Positions 25,789 through 34,187 of a stretch of 64,000 bases of DNA are shown here, piece by piece (position 1 is the stretch's first letter; each line of letters opens with the position of its first letter). The stretch comes from Candidatus Nealsonbacteria bacterium (GTDB lineage: Bacteria > Patescibacteriota > Minisyncoccia > Minisyncoccales > PWPS01), in contig PWNV01000020.1 in assembly GCA_003557645.1 (NCBI GenBank), positions 14,328 through 78,327 of the forward strand, given 5' to 3'. A program made the translations under genes and the position numbers. The notes below the pieces were generated by a model, which saw nothing but the letters and a program-made list of their open reading frames with translations, did not search any database and had not been told where the DNA came from.

Positions 25789-28700
25789 ATTTTTTTACTT
25801 AATAAGTCTTCTTCAAATTTTCTAATATCCTCAATTGTTTCCTTTTTTTCAAAAGATGGAAACTGCAAGTTTTTAATTCGCTCTCCTACTTCTTTTATAA
25901 GAAAAGCTACTCTTTCTGCTTCTTCTTTTTTGATCTCTAAATCAAGACTAATAATCTCTTTTTTCTCAGATGGCTCCACAAACTCTAACCTCCCAGAAAA
26001 TACTTTATACTTTTCAAAGTCCCGAGAAGTCTCAATTAGCAATTTATAGAAAATCAATTGATTTCTGTATTTCCAAGCTTTTATTTTGTTATATTTACCC
26101 TTTTCATTCCAACTTGTAAGAGCACTTCCTGTTTTGAAATCACTTACCATTATTCCCTCTTCCTTTTTTATAATCTTATCTATTTTCCCAGTGATATCAA
26201 TTCCTGCCACCTGGCACCCCTGATTTTTAAAATCTCTTTCAATTAAATGATCAGATGAAAAAAAATTCTTTTCCTTGTTATAAAACAAAGACAAAGCTTC
26301 TTCTCCTCTTTTCTTTGCTCTTCGAAAATCGCTTTCAGAAAGGCGTTCTTTTTTTAGATACTCTACAAAAGAGCTCAAAAACTCTTTTTCCTTCATTAAT
26401 TTACCTTCTTTCTTTAACTTCATGTAAAGTTCTCTGATACTATTATGAACAGCTGTTCCGTAAGAAAGCGGTAAGGATTTTTTTCTTGGAAAACGGAGCA
26501 AAGAATCTTCTAGAAAGCTTTGTGGCCCTTCCTCAGCAACATTCAAAAATTTTGTAAAACTAGTTGCACTAAGCTTATAATCCTTTACCACCGAAAAAAG
26601 TAAGTTTTTTTCTTTCTTTGAAAAGGGAATGAAGAAAAAAGAATCACTAAAAGATGATACTGCCTCTCTATTAATTTCACAACTATCTTCATCAACATCA
26701 ATCTCTTTTATAAATTCAAGTGGGGTAAATCCTTTTCCATCTTTCCGCTTTCTATGGAAAGACAAGTAAAGAGATTTCTTTGCTCTGGTAAGAGACACAT
26801 AAAAAAGTCTTAATCGATCATCATACCCTTCTGAGTTTCTCTGAAAAGGTAAATTTGAGGGAAGAATTAATTTTTCACTCTTCCTTTTTTTCCCCCAAAC
26901 TTCTTCCTGACAATTTAAAACAAAAACTACTTCAAATTCACTTCCCTTAACACCATGTGCTGTACTTAAAAAAACAGCACCCTCTTCTATGATAAGCGGA
27001 TTTTTATCAAGAACAGGAATGTTATTATTTTCATGAAGATCCACAAACTCCAACAAGTCACTCGCTTTTATCATCTTCCCTCTTTGATGCTCTCTTACCG
27101 CACCCACAAAACACTTTAAGGAAGACAAAAGACTTAAGTACTCCCCTTTTCTTTTTTCAAGAACCTCTCTACCAAAATAAAAGCTCTTAAAAGGACTTTC
27201 CATGCTACCTTTTTTGCTACCTATAATAATATCAATAATCTCTTCGGCAGGAGCATTTTTTGCACGAACTGAAAGATCCAGCAAAAATTCTCCTATTTTC
27301 TTCAAACTTTCTTCTTTCTTAATATAGCTCATCCATGGTCTATTTTCTTCGTAACTTTTAATTGATATTTCCCAAATTTTCTCTTTCTCTATCTCCCAGA
27401 AAGAATAACTTAAAATATCCGGTAAAAGCTCTTCTGCTTTTTTACGATCTCCCTGCAACAAGAAAACAGCAAATCTTATAATCCCAACTATCTCTCTTAT
27501 GTGTTGCTTTTCCATTACATTGTCTCTTCTATCCATAAATACCGATATCTCTAATGATTTAAAATACTGAAAAATTTTCTTTAGAGTATTATGTGTTCTC
27601 GCTATTACCACAATCTCTTCTGGTTTTATTCCATCTTTTAATTTCTTTTTTACCTCTTTGGCAACAAAGGAAAACTCCTCTTCTTCTGTTTGAAAGGCTT
27701 TTCCGATTATCTCTCCCCTTTTCCCTTTTTGAATAGAAATCAAATCTTTTCTTACTTCGGGGAGGATTCCTTCCAGTCTTTCCTCCCCCTTTAAAATAAT
27801 GCTTCTTGCAACGTCTAATATGTCTTGCGTTGACCGATAGTTCTCAACAAGTGTTATTATTTCTGTGTCCTTATATTTTTCCTTGAAATTCAAAATATTG
27901 GAAATCTCTGCGCCTTGAAATCGATAGATTGTTTGATCATCATCACCCACAACACATATGTTTGGCATCCCATGAACTTCATCTTTAGTCATAAGATCTA
28001 AAAGACGCATTTGTATTCCGCTTGTGTCTTGAAATTCATCAACCTGGATATAGAGATATTTTTCTTGCAAATCATATCTTAACGCATCATTTTTTTCTAA
28101 AACTTCTATTACATTAAGAATCATGTCAGAAAAATCATAATATCCTTCTCTTTGCATCTTCTCTAAGTACTTTTTATAAATAATCGACATGCTTTCCACT
28201 TTTTCCATGTAAAAAGTATCTTTCAGTAATCGGCCATCTTTCCCTTTTCTTGTCCATTTTTGCTTCCATTCAGACAGCTTCCCTGTTTCCTCAGTTTCAA
28301 TTACTTTCTTAAGTGACTCAGAAACCATAAAAGGAAGCGAGTAAAAGTGCAACATTAAAAACTTTTCTCTAATTTTATCTATCTTTGGAATAATTTTCCT
28401 TAATTCGGAAATCATTCTTGTATTGACTCTTTCGTCAAAAATACTTGATATATGAGCATTAATTTTCTCGAGATCTTCTTTGTTTTTTCCCAGTATTTCT
28501 TTGAATTCAATCGGAAAAATTCCTTCTTCTTTCAAAAGAGAAATCGCCTTCTTTATATCTTCTAGATAAACGTAGCCCATTTCCGGATGTGTTATTTTCA
28601 AAGGATCTTCATCTTCAAGCTCTGTCAAAATATCCTCTACCATCTTTGTTTTTATGGCTTCATCAGCAAGATTAAAATCAGCTCCCTGGTAAAAGTATTC

Positions 28701-29006
28701 TGGATAATTCTCAATTATGTCCAAGCAAAAACTATGAAAAGTGCTAATTGGAACTCTATATGCATCTACGCCTATAAGATCGATTAATCTTTCTCTCATG
28801 TTAAGCGATGCTGCGTCCGTGAAAGTAAGATTAAGAATGTTTTTTGGTGGAGTATCCGTTTTCTCTAGTATATTTGCTGCTCTTAGTCCTAAGAGCTCTG
28901 TCTTCCCAGACCCTGGTCCAGCAAGAACAAGTAAAGGACCATCTATATGCTCTACTGCAAGGAGTTGTCTTTCATTTAACTTTTTATATCTTTCTTTAAA
29001 TTTCAT
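25785..29006 (-). CDS. UvrD-type SF1 helicase fused to a C-terminal RecB-family PD-(D/E)XK nuclease (AddA/RecB-like)
   Basis: 1073 aa with Walker A GPGSGKT, DEFQDT, GDDDQTIYRFQGA and TAHGVKGSEF. The C-terminal nuclease motifs are GKIDKI, VSDFKTG and QLIFY. Confidence 0.88.
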   Translation of the reverse strand: MKFKERYKKLNERQLLAVEHIDGPLLVLAGPGSGKTELLGLRAANILEKTDTPPKNILNLTFTDAASLNMRERLIDLIGVDAYRVPISTFHSFCLDIIENYPEYFYQGADFNLADEAIKTKMVEDILTELEDEDPLKITHPEMGYVYLEDIKKAISLLKEEGIFPIEFKEILGKNKEDLEKINAHISSIFDERVNTRMISELRKIIPKIDKIREKFLMLHFYSLPFMVSESLKKVIETEETGKLSEWKQKWTRKGKDGRLLKDTFYMEKVESMSIIYKKYLEKMQREGYYDFSDMILNVIEVLEKNDALRYDLQEKYLYIQVDEFQDTSGIQMRLLDLMTKDEVHGMPNICVVGDDDQTIYRFQGAEISNILNFKEKYKDTEIITLVENYRSTQDILDVARSIILKGEERLEGILPEVRKDLISIQKGKRGEIIGKAFQTEEEEFSFVAKEVKKKLKDGIKPEEIVVIARTHNTLKKIFQYFKSLEISVFMDRRDNVMEKQHIREIVGIIRFAVFLLQGDRKKAEELLPDILSYSFWEIEKEKIWEISIKSYEENRPWMSYIKKEESLKKIGEFLLDLSVRAKNAPAEEIIDIIIGSKKGSMESPFKSFYFGREVLEKRKGEYLSLLSSLKCFVGAVREHQRGKMIKASDLLEFVDLHENNNIPVLDKNPLIIEEGAVFLSTAHGVKGSEFEVVFVLNCQEEVWGKKRKSEKLILPSNLPFQRNSEGYDDRLRLFYVSLTRAKKSLYLSFHRKRKDGKGFTPLEFIKEIDVDEDSCEINREAVSSFSDSFFFIPFSKKEKNLLFSVVKDYKLSATSFTKFLNVAEEGPQSFLEDSLLRFPRKKSLPLSYGTAVHNSIRELYMKLKKEGKLMKEKEFLSSFVEYLKKERLSESDFRRAKKRGEEALSLFYNKEKNFFSSDHLIERDFKNQGCQVAGIDITGKIDKIIKKEEGIMVSDFKTGSALTSWNEKGKYNKIKAWKYRNQLIFYKLLIETSRDFEKYKVFSGRLEFVEPSEKKEIISLDLEIKKEEAERVAFLIKEVGERIKNLQFPSFEKKETIEDIRKFEEDLLSKKI

Positions 29007-29673
29007 ATTCTTTTGCCCTTTCCCTTGCTCTTAGTGCTTTTTCCGTTGAGAGCCTTACCCCGTAAGAACCCTGATACATAACAGAATGAGGATCACTGCT
29101 ATGCCCTAATCCAAGAAGATGTCCTATCTCGTGTGCAAGAACACGATAATCATGCGATGTTACATAATCTGCTACAGCAAGAGAACTCAATCCGGGAAAA
29201 GCAATTCCATTAATTCCTCTTAGATTGCCAACCAAGAAAATATTTATTCTACTTGAATCATAGCTCTTTACTTCGGAAAGAAAAGAGCGATGGTCATAAA
29301 GAAAAGAATCATTCTCGATATAGATTGAAGAATTATCAACTATTTCAAAAGAAATATTAGCTTGCTCAAAAATACGAAATCCATTTTCTAGAATATGCTC
29401 AACCTCTTCCCTGTTTCTCTTAGAATGAAATGGCTCACCTTTTAAAACAAAAACTGTAACTGGAACCACTATCTCCTCAGCCTCAAAAAGTGCGTCTGGA
29501 AATTCAATATTTACACTTGTTGGTGTTCTCTGATAAAAAAAATAATCTCTTATTCCCGAGAGATAAATTAACGAAACAATCAACAAGGTGGCAAATAAAA
29601 GTTTAGTAGGATAAGACTTTAATATCCCTCCCTCTTCTTGTATTTCTTCAATCTCCTCTGTATGATCAGTCAT
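28996..29673 (-). CDS. membrane-anchored metzincin zinc protease (matrixin/M10-like)
   Basis: 225 aa with an N-terminal TM helix, HEIGHLLGLGH (HExxHxxGxxH) and a downstream Met-turn candidate SVMY. Confidence 0.8.
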   Translation of the reverse strand: MTDHTEEIEEIQEEGGILKSYPTKLLFATLLIVSLIYLSGIRDYFFYQRTPTSVNIEFPDALFEAEEIVVPVTVFVLKGEPFHSKRNREEVEHILENGFRIFEQANISFEIVDNSSIYIENDSFLYDHRSFLSEVKSYDSSRINIFLVGNLRGINGIAFPGLSSLAVADYVTSHDYRVLAHEIGHLLGLGHSSDPHSVMYQGSYGVRLSTEKALRARERAKEYEI

Positions 29674-29701
29674 GCCTTATGGTAAGAGATTAACTTTTCT
29701 T

Positions 29702-30058
29702 TTAAAACTCTACTTTCCATCCCTCTTTTGGCGTAAACTTTTTCTTTGTTGTTCTTGCTTGCTTAATCTTACCAACAATGAAGGAGCGGGTCTCTCCCGT
29801 CTCTGGAATTCTTGCATTTAAAATATGACCCGGACTTAACCTGTCTTTACTATATACAAGATGTTCACCCTCTGGAGGGACGTCTGTTGTGAGGCTATAG
29901 GGCTCGATCTCTCTCCATCCCTCCGAACTGCTTTCTGTCGCTGGATAATATATTTCTACCACTTCTCTAGAGCGAGCAGCCTTAGCTATTACCCTTAAAA
30001 CTTCATAAAAGTCCATGAAGTTTTTCATTTCACTAAAGGAGTTTACCGTCTTTATCAA
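29702..30058 (-). CDS. hypothetical protein, possibly WYL/Sm-like fold (118 aa)
   Basis: ORF overlapping the PPAT 3' end. WREIEPYSL...HILNA...TRSFIVGKIKQA loosely recalls WYL domains. The family assignment is weak. Confidence 0.55.
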   Translation of the reverse strand: MIKTVNSFSEMKNFMDFYEVLRVIAKAARSREVVEIYYPATESSSEGWREIEPYSLTTDVPPEGEHLVYSKDRLSPGHILNARIPETGETRSFIVGKIKQARTTKKKFTPKEGWKVEF

Positions 30059-30464
30059 TTTGACCGTTTCTTATTCTGCTTGATGATATTGGATTTCCGT
30101 CTTCAGCGAGAATAAAATCAATTTCAACAATTTCCATTTCTTTTTTCCCACTTTCTTTGCGTTTTTCATTGATTTCTTTTGCTCGCGCATGTGTCTCTGG
30201 GGAAACTACTATATAATCGAAATCCTCCTCTACCGCAAATCCGTAAGGATCATTTATCTCCTCTACTTTTGCTGTTTCCAAAAAATCAAGAATATCATTT
30301 TTGCGTATTTCAAAACTCTCTACTTCAACCCCCTTAAACTCTTTGGCCATCTCATCAGAAGAAAGACCAACCTTAACTTCCCCGAGTGAAGAAGCTTTTC
30401 CTAACAACTCTTTATGCCCTTTGTGTAATAGATCAAATGTACCTCCAACAACTATTTTTTCCAT
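30033..30464 (-). CDS. archaeal-type phosphopantetheine adenylyltransferase / cytidylyltransferase-fold protein
   Basis: 143 aa. GGTFDLLHKGHKELL (HxGH) and a C-terminal SSSRIR are typical of the COG1019 type rather than bacterial CoaD. Confidence 0.7.
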   Translation of the reverse strand: MEKIVVGGTFDLLHKGHKELLGKASSLGEVKVGLSSDEMAKEFKGVEVESFEIRKNDILDFLETAKVEEINDPYGFAVEEDFDYIVVSPETHARAKEINEKRKESGKKEMEIVEIDFILAEDGNPISSSRIRNGQIDKDGKLL

Positions 30465-30512
30465 ATATTTCTTTTATAAATTAATACTATTTGCAGTATA
30501 TCATCTAGCGTA

Positions 30513-31385
30513 TTAAAATAGCAAATTATCTTTCTCTTCTCTAATCTTTCGCAATATTTGCACATTTTTCTTATCAGGGCCTTTGCCATCAAAACCAGGA
30601 ACTTCCAAGATCCAGGGTATATTGCTTAGCTTTTTATTTTTCATTAGATTTAAAAATCCTTTCCTCCCAATGTAACCTTCTCCAATATTTGCGTGCTTGT
30701 CGTTCCTTGATCCTTGCTTTGTACGAGAATCATTGATATGTAAAAGATGAATATTTTCTATTCCCACTTTTTTCTCCCACCAGGCAACCCATTTTTCTAT
30801 CTGATTTTGCTCAAATTCTTCAATGTTTCCCGACTGAAAAGAGTGCGCTGTATCAATGCAGACCTTTAATTTTTCTGACCCAACTTGCTTTAAGATAAAC
30901 CCTATCTCATCAGGATCAGTTCCAATTTTCTTGTCTCCCGCAGTATTTTCCAAAAAAATCAGTGATTTTCCTGTGAACACTTCTATCATCTCTTTTATTG
31001 CCTTAATTTCTCTTTTTACCGCTTCTTCTTTGTTTCCTTTTTTTGGAGATCCAGGATGATAAACGACCCCTTCTCCATCTATAAAATCACAAAACCTGAG
31101 CGTATTTAAGAGGCTCTGGAAGGACTTTTTATATATTATTTCATCATCTGAAGCAAGATTAATTAAATAACTCGCATGGATGTAAATTGGAAACATCCCA
31201 CTTTCCTGAAGCTCCTTTTTGTATTTTTTCTGCTTTTCTTTTGGTAGTAAGCTGACTTCATACCTTCGAGGACTACCTGCAAATATCTGCATACACTCAG
31301 CATCGATCTTTTTTGCTCGTTCTACCGCCTTGTCAAGTCCTCCTGCAACAGAAATATGTGCTCCTATTGTTGGTTTTAATGTCAT
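30513..31385 (-). CDS. nfo: deoxyribonuclease IV (endonuclease IV)
   Basis: 290 aa, TIM-barrel AP endonuclease with GAHIS, YIHASYLINLAS, CIDTAHSF and HLLHINDS. Confidence 0.9.
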   Translation of the reverse strand: MTLKPTIGAHISVAGGLDKAVERAKKIDAECMQIFAGSPRRYEVSLLPKEKQKKYKKELQESGMFPIYIHASYLINLASDDEIIYKKSFQSLLNTLRFCDFIDGEGVVYHPGSPKKGNKEEAVKREIKAIKEMIEVFTGKSLIFLENTAGDKKIGTDPDEIGFILKQVGSEKLKVCIDTAHSFQSGNIEEFEQNQIEKWVAWWEKKVGIENIHLLHINDSRTKQGSRNDKHANIGEGYIGRKGFLNLMKNKKLSNIPWILEVPGFDGKGPDKKNVQILRKIREEKDNLLF

Positions 31386-31421
31386 AGCTTCTTAAAAGTA
31401 TCTCAATAACAGATATAAAGC

Positions 31422-31452
31422 AAGAAAAAAACGGCGATTTTTCGCCGCTTTT
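31422..31452 (-). terminator. rho-independent terminator after the GerMN-like gene
   Basis: CGGCGA-TTTT-TCGCCG is flanked by A-run and T-run. The minus-strand reading ends in TTTTTTTC. Confidence 0.7.
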
Positions 31453-31469
31453 TCTTTTCCTAAAAAAAT

Positions 31470-32243
31470 TTAGGGCTGAAGGATTTCCTCGGTCTCTCCT
31501 TCAATTGATATTACAACTTCTTCTATTGTCTCAAATTGCAAAAGCGTGTTTTCAATTTGGTCTCGAATCATTGTAACTGTTGCACTGCCTGAAGCATCCA
31601 ATTCTTCACTAAAATCGGCACGAGCAACTCCATTCTCGACAGTGAGAGAATTAAGGGTTGTACCCCCCTCAATCGCTGTTGTATAGTTTTCCTCCATTTC
31701 TGGTCCATCTAAAAGAGTTAGAAGTGTAAACCTTTCCACGTTGTCTGTAGAAACCTCTCTCTCTACCGAAACAAGACTCTCTTGACCATCCTCTACACTG
31801 ACAAAGTAGACATCTACTCTTGTTGTCTCTTCCTCCTCTTCTTCTTCAATCATTGCTCCAGCATGCTCATCAAAAACTCCATCAGTAATAGCACTCACAA
31901 CTTCTCCACCTTCTACTCTAACTACAGTTGTATGAGGAGTTATTACTTGCGCAGCCATCTCTCCCTCTTCAACCTTTCCATAACCAGCAAACATGGCCTC
32001 AAACTCAAGTACTATCTCAAACAAACCTTCTTCTATTTCTTCGGTGCTAATGTGGGTTAATCCTTCTCCCTCTCTTTCAACAAATGTAGGTGCCATTTTT
32101 TCAACCCACTCCTCCGCTACTACCTCAGCTTCTGTCGCAGCCTCATCATCAGGAATTTCAGGAGCCTCCATTCTTGAGATAAGGACACCTGCGACAACAA
32201 TTACAAGAATTACAACTACTACTATAATTAATTTATTACCCAT
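31470..32243 (-). CDS. membrane-anchored acidic protein with C-terminal GerMN-like domain
   Basis: 257 aa with an N-terminal TM helix and a Glu-rich middle (IEEEEEEETT). The C-terminus reads LLTLLDGPEMEENYTTAIEGGTTLNSLTVENGVARADFSEEL. Confidence 0.65.
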   Translation of the reverse strand: MGNKLIIVVVVILVIVVAGVLISRMEAPEIPDDEAATEAEVVAEEWVEKMAPTFVEREGEGLTHISTEEIEEGLFEIVLEFEAMFAGYGKVEEGEMAAQVITPHTTVVRVEGGEVVSAITDGVFDEHAGAMIEEEEEEETTRVDVYFVSVEDGQESLVSVEREVSTDNVERFTLLTLLDGPEMEENYTTAIEGGTTLNSLTVENGVARADFSEELDASGSATVTMIRDQIENTLLQFETIEEVVISIEGETEEILQP

Positions 32244-32265
32244 AATTTATGTATTATTACATTTT

Positions 32266-32805
32266 TTAACTCGACCTTTTACGATGAATCTTCGTCAACA
32301 TTCTTTTTACCTTATAGGGATCCGGTATATCCTGAAACACAAATTCTCTAAACTTTCCTGCAGTTTGTATTTGTAAATTACCATAATTAAAAAAAGTTGG
32401 CAACACTCCCTTAACATCAACACTAATATCCTGTATACGGTCATGATACACGCTGGAAACATAACGATTAAAAAGACCATGTAACTCCGTGTGTATCGTT
32501 CTCTGATTAGTAATTATCCAACAATCAAAAAAATAGCTAAACATAACAACAAAAATACACTGCCAAAAAAGAAAAAGGATAAAAAAACAAAGAAAGAAAA
32601 GGTAAAGAAGAACATTGAACTCTCCCACATGTTCAAAAATAAAAGCAACTCCCTCCGATTCATGAATTGATAAAAACGGTAAGATGAAAACAAAAACTAA
32701 GCTACCAATAAAAACAAGGGCGAAAGGAAACACCTTTATTTTTAAAATTAACGGATGCCTTTGTAAAACAAGTAAGATTTTCTCTTTTTCTCTTAGCTTA
32801 AACAT
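32266..32805 (-). CDS. membrane protein with bacterial PH (YdbS/YdbT-like) domain
   Basis: ORF 32266..32892. I prefer Met30 at 32805 (MFKLREKEKILLVLQRHPL), which leaves only an 8-nt overlap with the upstream 66-aa ORF. It has 2-3 TM helices and then a PH-like C-terminus. Confidence 0.6.
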   Translation of the reverse strand: MFKLREKEKILLVLQRHPLILKIKVFPFALVFIGSLVFVFILPFLSIHESEGVAFIFEHVGEFNVLLYLFFLCFFILFLFWQCIFVVMFSYFFDCWIITNQRTIHTELHGLFNRYVSSVYHDRIQDISVDVKGVLPTFFNYGNLQIQTAGKFREFVFQDIPDPYKVKRMLTKIHRKRSS

Positions 32806-32998
32806 AAAACGAAATAATAAGAAAAATAAGTGAAACAACAAAAAATAAAATGCCTCCTCGATAAAATAGAGGAAAAGCATAGCCAGGAACAATTTTATGC
32901 TTAATAATTTCCTTTTTGAGATATGTCCTTATCGTAAAATAAGTTAACACAAAAAAAGCAAAAAAGATAAGAAGAAGGGCAATAGATATAATAAACAT
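32798..32998 (-). CDS. small membrane protein (66 aa, 2 TM)
   Basis: ORF with two hydrophobic helices, immediately upstream of and coupled to the PH-domain gene. Confidence 0.4.
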   Translation of the reverse strand: MFIISIALLLIFFAFFVLTYFTIRTYLKKEIIKHKIVPGYAFPLFYRGGILFFVVSLIFLIISFYV

Positions 32999-33029
32999 AG
33001 TAAGCCAATTATATTACCTTATTAAATAA

Positions 33030-33056
33030 AAGAAAACCCCTTTAAACAGGGGTTTC
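33030..33056 (-). terminator. rho-independent terminator after the 75-aa acidic gene
   Basis: AAACCCCT-TTAAAC-AGGGGTTT (~33034..33055). The minus-strand reading is followed by TCTTTTATTT. Confidence 0.7.
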
Positions 33057-33100
33057 CTTTGTAAATCTGACTAGGCCAGGCCTTTGTCAGTTTAATTGTT

Positions 33101-33328
33101 TTACTCTTCTTCTTCCTCTTCTTCTTCTTCCTCTTCTTCCTCTTCTTCCTCTTCTGGGTCAACTGGATCAACTGGGTCATCTATGTCAATCGGATCATCT
33201 ATGTCAATCGGATCATCTATGTCAATTGGGTCAATTGGATCAACATCGTCTCCTAAAGAAACAACTCCTACAAGAACTACTACCGCCAGCACGAGAACTA
33301 CTGCAATAAGAATTTTCTTGGTATCCAT
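33101..33328 (-). CDS. membrane-anchored hyperacidic repeat microprotein (75 aa)
   Basis: MDTKKILIAVVLVLAVVVLVGVV (TM helix), then DDVDPIDPIDIDDPIDIDDPIDIDDPVDPVDP, then 17 consecutive Glu. It has its own promoter-like region and terminator. Confidence 0.65.
   Translation of the reverse strand: MDTKKILIAVVLVLAVVVLVGVVSLGDDVDPIDPIDIDDPIDIDDPIDIDDPVDPVDPEEEEEEEEEEEEEEEEE
33174..33227. repeat. 18-bp tandem repeat x3 (coding, DPIDID units), next to a 51-nt homopyrimidine (GAA/GAG)n tract at 33104..33154
   Basis: The units are gggtcatctatgtcaatc, ggatcatctatgtcaatc and ggatcatctatgtcaatt. Confidence 0.85.
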
Positions 33329-33351
33329 ATAGTTTTTTTTAAAATTTAAAA

Positions 33352-33360
33352 CCGACCTTT
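33352..33360 (-). promoter_or_regulatory. AAAGGTCGG box 23 nt upstream of the ATG, 7 nt after a TATACT -10-like hexamer
   Basis: Minus-strand reading is TTGTATaaatttgaaaatttaaTATACTtacaatcAAAGGTCGGttttaaattttaaaaaaaactatATG. Confidence 0.45.
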
Positions 33361-33387
33361 GATTGTAAGTATATTAAATTTTCAAAT

Positions 33388-34173
33388 TTATACAAGCCCC
33401 GCAAGCTGAATTTTGTTATTATCTGCAATAAAGTCAAATTTTCCTTCTATCTGAAAATCATCAAAACAAAGCTTCTTCCCTTGAAAATCATAAAAAGAGC
33501 CCCCTGCCTCATGTAAAAATAGAAGACCCGCCGCTAAGTCATAAAAAGGAATTTGGAAGGTAATGTATCCATCTACTCGCCCAGCTCCTAAAAAAGCAAG
33601 CTCAAGAGAGGCTGATCCTATCTTCCGTAAATCTTTGGATTGTGGATAAATGCAAGAAAGAAACTCTACAATTCGCTCTTTGTTTTTTTCTCCTCCCTCG
33701 CAAAAGACAATGTACGCCTTTTCTCTTTTTCCGATAGCAGATACTCTCACTCTTCTCTTCTTCTTGTTTTTAAGATCAATTAAAAAAGACCCTTTCCCCT
33801 TAACCGCTAAAAATCTTTCTTGTAACGCCGGCGCCTCCATGACACTCACCAAGGGCTCCCCATCTTTCCATAATGATATCGCTACAGAAAAGAAGGGATT
33901 GTGATTTTCAAAGTTTCCAGTGCCATCCAGCGGATCTACAACCCAAACAAAAGGACTATCTTTTTTTACAAATCCTGTTTCTTCTGTAAAATATGAGTGA
34001 GAAGGATATTCATCTTTTATAGAGGCCATAATAAGATCATCTGCAACCTTATCAAAAACACTTTTTACCTCCTTGCTTGTCCCTCTTTTTCCAGCCTTTT
34101 CTCTACGAAAGGAGTTATAAAGAATTTTTCCTGCCCTATTAGCTGTTTTTATTGTAAAATTAAGATAACTCAT
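33388..34173 (-). CDS. suhB: inositol monophosphatase family protein
   Basis: 261 aa with FTEETG, WVVDPLDGTGNF and IGSASLELA motifs. Confidence 0.85.
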   Translation of the reverse strand: MSYLNFTIKTANRAGKILYNSFRREKAGKRGTSKEVKSVFDKVADDLIMASIKDEYPSHSYFTEETGFVKKDSPFVWVVDPLDGTGNFENHNPFFSVAISLWKDGEPLVSVMEAPALQERFLAVKGKGSFLIDLKNKKKRRVRVSAIGKREKAYIVFCEGGEKNKERIVEFLSCIYPQSKDLRKIGSASLELAFLGAGRVDGYITFQIPFYDLAAGLLFLHEAGGSFYDFQGKKLCFDDFQIEGKFDFIADNNKIQLAGLV

Positions 34174-34187
34174 AATTAAAAATATTT

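Noticed and set aside
33067-33090. Palindrome CTGAC-T-AGGCC-A-GGCCT-TT-GTCAG next to the terminator of the acidic gene
   Set aside because: The inner arms leave a 1-nt loop, so a stable RNA hairpin is unlikely. It occurs once and no protein-binding context is evident. I noted it only as a possible second stem of a compound terminator.
33174-33227. Short tandem repeats (also 58384..58473) considered as a mini-CRISPR or other spacer-repeat array
   Set aside because: The units are directly adjacent with no spacers, are 18 bp long (in-frame hexapeptides) and lie inside ORFs. No cas genes are present.
33096-33332. Poly-Ser ORF (78 aa) on the plus strand; likewise 4012..4206 (+) and 58337..58546 (-)
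   Set aside because: These are mirror-image frames of the acidic microprotein genes, because (GAA/GAG)n reads as (TTC/CTC)n. The promoters, terminators and TM helices fit the acidic frames, not these.
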